Part shown: positions 14,704-23,700 of the stretch, piece by piece | Layout: every line of letters starts with the position of its first letter | Position numbering within the stretch: the stretch's first letter is position 1 | From: a virus | Lineage: Duplodnaviria > Caudoviricetes | Reading direction: 5' to 3' (one strand) | Virus record (IMG/VR): IMGVR_UViG_3300025301_000030 | Span: 1 to 40,709 of that record | DNA length: 40,709 nt | Notes under the pieces: generated by a model | The model's database searches: none | What the model was told of the DNA's origin: nothing | Seen by the model: only the letters and a program-made list of their open reading frames with translations | Program-made: the position numbers and the translations under genes

Positions 14704-17700
14704 CTACTGAGGAGCCTGTTGCATTAACTGCTCAAGGCGACCCCTATCAATGGGCTCTCGCTCAACAGGCGTCCTCTTAACAGGCAACCTGCCGTAAGAC
14801 GGCACCTCAAGCTCACCGTCCTTCGGGGGTATTCTCCTAACCGCGCGCTTGATGTCCACAAAAAATGTTTTGTCCTGAATCTTGATCTGCCTCTGAAGCT
14901 CCTCTAGAAACTCCCACTCGTAGTATTTCAACTGGTTCTCGAAGTCGAGAGAGTATGGGCGATTCCCTGTCAGGAACGCCATCGCCCTCTGCAATCCAGT
15001 GGCCGCATCTGCTGGGTCCTCGTACTCGGTCGCCCTTGATGTGAAGGTACTTTTTTGAAGCTTTAGCTGCTCTCCGATGATTCGATAACCAGGAAGCTTG
15101 GTCATTAGATAGAAGTTCTCAGGGTGCATAGCCCGATAGTCGTCCTTCCAACCAATGATCTTTTTATTCTTGTCAAAGACTGGCCGCTGCCCTGGCGAGG
15201 CAACCCACTTGCCTGTCTTTGAATCTTTCTTTACCGGGAAACCGGCAACCTTTTTAAGGAACGGGCTGGCATCCTTCAACTGCTTTACGTTGGAAAGCTC
15301 GTCCCAGCCCCTGCCGTAGTAAACAGATTTCTTGTCAGCGAAAAACTCAAAGAGGGTTAGCAGGTCTGGGCGTGCGCGCATCAGCAACCCCGCTGGCTTA
15401 CCGTCTGACCACCTACCAAGCATCTCTATAAACGCCTGCTGAGGCAGGCCCTTCAGGGACCAAGCTGTTGCGGGGCCGGTCCTAATCATGATCTGCCAGC
15501 GGAGGTACTCTGGCATCGCCTGTATTTCCTCTTCGTTGAACTGCCCCTTGAAAATGCCGTTCAGGAAGTGACCAAAGACAGCCGCCTGCCTTGGCTTCTT
15601 AATCATCTGATGTATCTGGAACCGCATGTTTCCAGCGTCCCATGTGTAGAAGAAGAACAGGCGTCTGAACGTATGCTTCTCCACTGGGGTCAGGTGCGAG
15701 TAGTTTCGCAGCGCATCATCAACTGAAGCGGCAGCTTCCTCTAGCGTCTTCCCCGCACGAAGCTCTCCGACAGCCAATGTGATTCTGGCCTGCGTCTCAG
15801 CAGCCTGATTCAGTCCGGTCATCATCCTCATGTAGCTAGGCAGAGATAGGCCAGCTATCGCGGATGCTATAACGCCCGGCGCGCCGAAGACAGATCCGAT
15901 AGCGCCAGCAGCGGTCATCCCGACAGCGCGCTCTCCAAAGTATTGAACCGACCTCTTGGCCCCCTTGGCGGTTCCCACATCAATCGCCTTGCGGAAGGCG
16001 TCCATCTCCTCAAACCAAACACGGTTCCAGCCCTGCTTAACAGCCTCTCCAGCCTTAGATAGGCCGCTCATTCCCTTGACGGCATCTGACGCAAACCCGT
16101 GAGAAAGGATCTCACCGAGAAGGGCTCCTGGATACTGGCCTATAAATCCACCGGCAGCGGCTCCGATTGGGCCAGCAAACGTCCCTCCAAGCGCAGCGCC
16201 GACGCCTGCTCCAGCGGCAGCGCCAGCTAGCTGTGGACTCGTCCTTCCTGGGCCGATTGCACCCATCTCCTCCAGGTACATTCTGCTCAACGGTGCTTCT
16301 GAGATGCCTGCGATATCGAACGCCTCTCGCCACTCGCCAACAGTCTTCCTGTAGTTGCCAATCGTTACATATGAATCAACGTGCTTCACGCCCACCTTCT
16401 TATGGAACATGATCTTGTCTGCCGGGGTTAGCTTGGAGAAGATCATCATCGCATCAGCGTGATTGGCTGGGTTGAACACCCCAGCGCCGAGCTTCTGAGC
16501 GATTGAGGCGTGGTTTCCGCTGACGTTCAGGGCGATGTGGGCGATGCTGGATATGGTCGCCATGCTCTTTGCTACTGCATGGAACCCATCAAGCCACCCC
16601 ATCCACCAATTGCCAGCGGCCCAATCGGGCTTATTGATCCATCGAAGGTATTCAACATATGGGGTTGGGGCGTATGTGTACGGCATCCCCTTCATCGCCT
16701 CTATGTGAACAACATCTACACTGATTCCCCTCGCCCTCAGCGTAGAGGCCACCTCCTCTGGCGAGAGGTCCCTGAGCATCGTCATGATTGCGTCTTCGTA
16801 GGCCTGAAGCTCTTTGGGAAGCGGTATGCCAGTGGCTGACTGAACGCTGTCGTACTTGGAAAGGCGTGAGTACCCGAACTCCCTCGCCCTTATTTCGGCG
16901 GCAGCAACGGACAACCCCTCAACCATCTTTGCGATCTCCTCACCGACCGGAAACATTTCCCTGATGTCTCTGGCAAAGATGGCGTCAGCGGTTCTGCGAT
17001 TCGTCTCCTTGATATAGCGTTCAGTTAGGATCTTAAAGTCGGGCTCAAAGAACTCATAGAGTTCGCTGCCTGTAAGGTTGTTACGGGACCAGGAAACAGC
17101 CCTCTCCCAGCCATCAACGGAAAACAGGCTCTCAAGCCTTCCCTCCAGCGCAGCCTGCTTTACAAGCTCTGGGTCCATACCGGAGAACGGGGCACCAGGG
17201 CCCCACGCAGGTCGGTCAAGCTCCATCGCATTGTGATAGAGATCCTCCTTAGAGATGATGTCTCTCTTTTGCTCATTGATGTCGTCCAAGACCGAAGCCT
17301 TTGTCCGCTGATGCTCAAAGAAACCCTTCTTTGTAGATGGCATGCCACCGCGAAGAAGCGCTGCCGTCTTGCCCCTCGCAATGTTTGTCCTTATGTGCGG
17401 TATATAGCTACCGATATTGGCCCTGGTCAGGAAGGCTTCTTTATCAAACGGTATTCTGGCCTTGGCCTCAGCCTCTACAATCTTCTTGGTTAGCGCCTTC
17501 CTTTCTGCGGGATCTCTGGAGAGTGTCCTTTCCGCCTTAAGGATGTCTATATCAGCAAGAATCAGGGGGTCCCTGCCGACGAGAATGCCAGCGTCGGTCA
17601 TCTCCTTAAGCTGCTTCTCAAGCATGTCATCAAGAAGGCTTGCAGCCTTCAGCGCCTTCTCTATCTGCTCATCGGTGAACCCTTCTTTCGAGCCCACCTT

Positions 17701-20700
17701 TACGCGACCCCGCTTGAGCGTAATAAAAAGCTCCTCCTCACCAATCATCCCAAGCTCTTTAGCCAGAGCTTTGATTTGCGGCGGGGCATCCTTTGCCACC
17801 CCATACAGCTTTCTATTTTTCAGCAGTCGCTCGACCTTTCCCTTCGTAGCCCGATCAAGCCCGTCGTAGATCCGCATGGTTTCGTCATGCCTAAACGCCT
17901 CTAGAGCTATCTCCCTGCGAAGGGTTAGCTCGTCGCCATATGACCTAGCCCACTTCTTCGCGTTGAGAATGACATTCCACATTTCGCCAGGAGTGCGAAG
18001 GTCGTACCCCATCTCCTTCGCAGCACCCATGATCGCTTCCCTGGTTTCTGGCATGTTGTCCAGAATCTCGTCCATCTGCTTGCTGATTTGAGTAACAACA
18101 ATCTTTGGATCTTTCGTTACATCAGGGATGTCGTGCTTGACCTTCGCCCTCGGGCCCATCTCTCTTCCTGGGGGTGCCATGGTATCTAGCGCCCGCTGAA
18201 GCTCGCTCTTTGCGTCAACTACCCGTATACCCCCCTCGGCCCTGCCAAGCATCTCGCCAAGAACCGTATCGGCCTCCTCACCATCTACGACCCGCCTTAC
18301 CCTCTTGGCCTCCTTCCTGGCCCCAGTAAGTTCAGAACGAATGAACGTTTCTCGATCCTTAATCTGACCATCAATCCACGTGATTGCATCCCTGGCGCGC
18401 TGAACGGTTTCATCGGACGCCTGCGCTGGCTTGATTGCTGCGATGTCTGCCGCATCCTGGAGCAACGGGTCAGCGTCGTCCATCCCCCTTGATAGCCTTA
18501 GAACCTCTTCTTTTGCCCCCGCAATAGCCGATTCAAATCTACCTAGTGAGCTGGCCACCTCCTCACGACTCGACCCGACCAGGGCGGCATTGAGGTCTGT
18601 CATTGGAGCTGTTCTTCGTGGGTCCCCACGCCGATAAGCAGAATCAAGAAGGTCCCTTGTTGAGGCTCTCAGTCCGCTAACAATCTTGTTGACCTCTGTA
18701 AGGGGCACGTTTCTGTATGCGAAGTCTTGAATCTGCCCGCGTATTGGGGCCCACGCAGAATCGAATGTGTTAGCTGCCTCGGTCGCCTTTCTCGAGTTGA
18801 AGGATCTAAGATCCTTGATGCGGACCTCTCGCCTCGCCATGGCCGGGTGCCTACTAACGTAGTCCTTGGCCATGTGCTTAAGAAGCGATGGATACTTCTC
18901 GCTTACGAAGTCCATGCCCGACACCTTCTTGGGCGGCCTCACTCGAACGGTCACACCGGGTTGCCACGTTGCCTTTTGGACGGCACGCTCCAGTGCCTGC
19001 ATGTTCTTGGCCTCAACCTTGCTGAACTTCCCAGGAGTCAGCCATCCAGGCTTTAGAGTTACCGTGTATGGGCCACCGCGAGTGCCCTCCATGCTCGCAA
19101 CTCTTATATCGGCCTTAATGCCTCTTTCACCATGCGGTCTTGCAGTGGGTGGCGTGGGGGCTTTGGGCGGGAGTGGGAGTGGGAGCGTTTCCGCTACTTC
19201 CGCGCCACCAGCAGCCTTCCGCAATTCATCCCTGTGCTTAAGCCACTCTTGAGCAAGGCTGACCTTTTGATCGTGAAACCTCTTTCGCCCGCTCTCTAGC
19301 TTGTCAGCATGCTGTTTCTTGGTTAGCTCACCACCATCACGCTGGTTCTGAAGCCTGCCCTCGTAATCCTTTGCCCTCATTTCGAGAGACTTAATGTCTC
19401 CGAAGAAGTCATCGTAAGCCTGGGAGATCCCTGGCCCGCTATACATGCTTTTCTCTACCCCCTCGGCCCGAGATGGCCTTGGCCCTCTAACTGGGGCTGG
19501 GGTCATTACGTCCATGCCAGGGAAAATGGTAGATGTCTTGGTCGGTATTACGATGAAGCCATCGTCAGCCAGCTTCTCAGCGAGGGCCTTAAACATCCTC
19601 TTGTCAGACGAGAGCTTGGTAAGCCGAACAAACCCCCTACCTCTATTAAAGCCACCAACCCTGCTCGTGGCGTTGTGTCTCTTGTCCTTCCACCCCCTAA
19701 GGTTAAAGTCCTTAGCGATAGGGAGAACGATATTAAAGACATCATCAAGCTCTGGCGTTGGGCGTGGCACTGGAGCCCGACCAAGGATTTCCGCAACGCC
19801 GGGAGCAGCCGTATCCCACTCCACCAAAAGCTCTTCCCCGATTTGACCAGAGGCCCAGTTAGCTTCAAACCCCTTATCCCTAAGGGCCTTCTTGATCTTT
19901 ACCGCGACATCCACTCCCCCCATGTTGGTTACATCAATGCGATTGCCCCGCCTCTTGTGAAAGGTTGGGATCGGTGAGTCACTGCTTTTTGCTACCTCTT
20001 TAATCGTCTCTAAAACGACAGAGCGAGTGTGGCGATCCCCCATCGCAGCACGGACTTCAGCAGCCTCGGCCCTCACACTGGCCTCCGAAGTCCCAGATGG
20101 GACCTCATCAACAGCGGGAGCGATGTCTTCGATTATCGGGGCTACATCGTCCGCAGCCTTCGGCACAGCGGGCGGAATCTCGGCAAGCTTTGCGTCTGCC
20201 TTGATGCTTGAGAGGGCGGCGCGCAGCCTGTGTTCGGTGAGAAGCTCATCAACCTCATCGGATCTAAGGCCAAGCCTTTCGGTCAGATCCTTCTTTAACT
20301 GGGCCCTTAACTCGGCCCTCGTCCTGAATGACTTATTGCCTAGCTCCGCTAGCGAGGGGGCCTTCCTGTGCCGACCAGAAGCCTGCCTCTTTATGGCATC
20401 AAGGGAGCGATTTGCCCTGGCAACCTTGTCCACATCCTTGGACACGAGATCGGCAAGAAGAGCATCTGCCTCATCCTCCGTCCTCCCTGCCGCCCCAGAC
20501 AGGTCCCTAAGAGAGGCCTGTACCCTCATAAACGCAAAGGCTACAGACAGATCATCTGTTGCTGATCTGAGGATCACCAGTGAATCGTCAAGTTCTCTTA
20601 CAAGCGGAGAGTGTTGACCGCGAAGGCTCTCTGGGTCCAGCAGCCTGTGGAAGACAGCCTCAAGATCCTTTGTAACCTTGATCTCCTTTGCTGGTTTTCC

Positions 20701-23700
20701 AGTTCGGGGAAGACCGGCCCTCACATGCCTTGGCGCATCTTCCCCAAAGAAGGCCCTTACCCTGCCCTTCTCTCTTCCTGTGATGACGTAGTAGACATCA
20801 AACAACCAGTCCTTTGCCTTCTGAAAGACCTCCCGGAGCGCCGACTGGTTCTTGAATCCGGGCGGCATTTCCCCGGTCTTCACCCACTTCACAAAGGCCC
20901 TGGCAAACGCCTCCTCTGCAAGCTCGCTCCATCGGCCAGTCTTCTCGTTGACCACCTTCTTATCTTTAAGCTCTCTCCTGACCCATGCTGCCGCCACCTC
21001 CATGTCCTGCTTAGGAAGGTCGCGACGGAAGATGTGGCCCAACTCCTCCATCAGGGCGGTGAAGGCTTCTGGCCCCTTCACATTCTCAAAGACACCAATG
21101 ACTGCCTTGCCGTCTTCAAACTTGGTATAGGCGAGTGGGTCTAGCCCCTGCTCTGCGCGAGAGAACAAGATGCGTGGGTCTTTGGGGTCGAAGGTGCCTA
21201 CGTTGCGGGTGGACTTAATCTGGGTGGGCTTGAAGGCGACGTAAGTGTCGCCAAGGAGGGGGCTTCTCCAAACGACTCCATCGTGTCCAAGCTCTTTGGC
21301 TCGTGGGATTAGCTCAGCCATCACCTTGGTGCTAAGTCGGTCGGGATCTCCAAAAGAGGCGGGGTTCCACTCCATCGGGTTCTCAATCTTTAGGTAGACC
21401 TCTAACCCCTTATACTCTGGAAGCCTATCTATCCTCCCCCTAGTCCCAATGTAGGTAGCCGAAGCCTTGTCGGTGACGAAGAAGTACGCCTCTCCGGCCA
21501 GAGTGTCTGGCTCGCCCAATCTCGTCCCAACAAACTCAGGAGAGAACGCCTCAAACTCTGCCATCGTCCCATGATAAACCCTCAACGGCTCGCCAGCCTC
21601 ATCGACAACCTTTGAGTCACCGAACCAGCGCTGGAACTCTGGGGATCTGATCTGCTGCTGAGCCTTTATTACGGGGTCGCCGCCGACATACATGCTCCTC
21701 TGAAGGTCAGCGGTGGGAGCCTTTACGATGTCTTCGGTGATACGAAGAAGCTCGGTGAGGGCGTTTACCTCGTTCGACTTAATCCCCAGAAGCTCAGAAA
21801 CAATTCGAACGAACTTAGTCCAGGCGCTCTCACCCTCGATCTTCATTCCAATGAGGAAGTCCTGGAACTTCTTATTCGTTAAGCCCCAAGCGAGAAGCTC
21901 GCTCGGAATGATCTCATCGGGACCACCAATCTTGTCGAGGAACCTGCTCTCAGGGCTTGTTAGCCAGAGGTCTATTTCAGCCTGACTGCCGCTGGTTGGG
22001 GCGGTGCCCTTGTCTAGGAATGAAGGCGGATGATCCTCCTTCAAATACTCATCAAGCATCTTTATCCTGTATTCACCTATATCCCCAAGAAGCTGACGAA
22101 GTTCAGCCCCGGCTACGTAAAGGGCGCTCCCCTTATTCTTGAGAAGCGTAGATAGCTCCAGACGATGAAGTGTCGCAGCATGAAGCAGCTCGTGGACGGC
22201 AGTCTCGACGGTAAGGCCACCATCTCCATATACGTCATCCCTAAGCCATACAGCCACCCTGCCTGTTGTCCTGTCTGCCGAAGCCTTCCCGATAGCGGTT
22301 CGACCGTCCAGAACCTCCCATGGTGCCCCGTCCCCGCCCCCCCTGCCAACGCGGACTGTCATGCTGGCGTCATCTAGGACCGGTATGATCAGCCTAAGAA
22401 TGTGCTTGGATGCCTCGTCATCTGTGTTCTTGGCTAGCCATTTTGCTACCGATTGAGCGCCCTCAAGCTCGTCTATCTTCTTTCCAAAAGAGGCCCAATC
22501 AAGGCCAGTAATGCCGGTTTCCGTGTGCTTTACAGGCTCATCGTCCCAGCGGATTAGGCCCCTCGGCCCCTCTGGAGGAGATGCCATGAGGCCTGTTATT
22601 GGCTTATCTCCCTTGGGGAAGGGGATTAGCTTTCCCTCTCCATGAACCCACAGAGACAGGTCATCTGCGCTACTAAACGCCATTGGCGATGCGTCGTATC
22701 CAGGGACTACGCTCCCATCAATGTTCATTGCGTAGCCAGCGTCCCTTAGCTCATCCATCGCGCCATGAAGGGGCTTCGGTATCTCGCTCAGATCAAAGCC
22801 CATCGACTCGCCGCCAAGCTGAGCGCCAATCACACGCCCCTCTTCATCGACAATCGCGTATGTGTTCGCCTCCCAATCCTTAAGGCGTCCAGAGTCGTCA
22901 AATATATCGAGCTGGGCTGCGGGCCATTCCTCCTTCGGAGCCATTTCTATCCGCTTTATTATGTGACCTATCGACAGCTTCGGGATTCCGTGCGAACCCG
23001 GAATCTTTGGCTCCCACGAATTGCCATATAGCCCCCACTCGGTATTTGGGTCGGCAGCTATGCCGTACTTCGGCTTTCGCCGTGATCCGCGAACTGGAGC
23101 TTCGCGAAGAATCTCTCCAGCCTTGATCTCATCACCAGCACGATTGACTAGCTTGTACTGCTTCTGAGCAAGCTCGATTATCTGATTGGCGATGTGACGA
23201 TGCGACGTCGTGAGCGACCCAAGGTTTGACGTGTGCCTCTTTGATTCCTCAAGAAGCATGTCCCATCTCTTACCCAGCCTCTTTAGCGGGTCTGGGCCAC
23301 CACCCTCAGTCCTTACGGCAACTCCAAACCTTTTCTTGATGGCAGCTAGGTCGGCATCAATGACATCCCTTGCCTTTGTGATCTCATCCATCTGAGACTC
23401 AATTTTGCCAAGCTCATCTCCCAGCTTGTTTGCCTCGTCAAGTCGCAGGGTCCGAGCCGCCTCGTAGAAATCAACGACCTTCCCCGTCTCCCTGTGGGAG
23501 AACAGCACGTTCCTGCCGAACTCCTTCACCATTTCCGGGTTCACACCAGCCTGTAACGGGAACTCGTTGCGGTAGGTATGCGCGTACCAAGCGTTCGCCA
23601 TGTCTTCGGGAAGCCTGTGCCACTCGGCCCAGGTCCTTGCCCGCATGTCGTTGAAGTCCATCCAGACTTCGCTTAGTTCAATCTGCTTTCCGGTTTTTGG

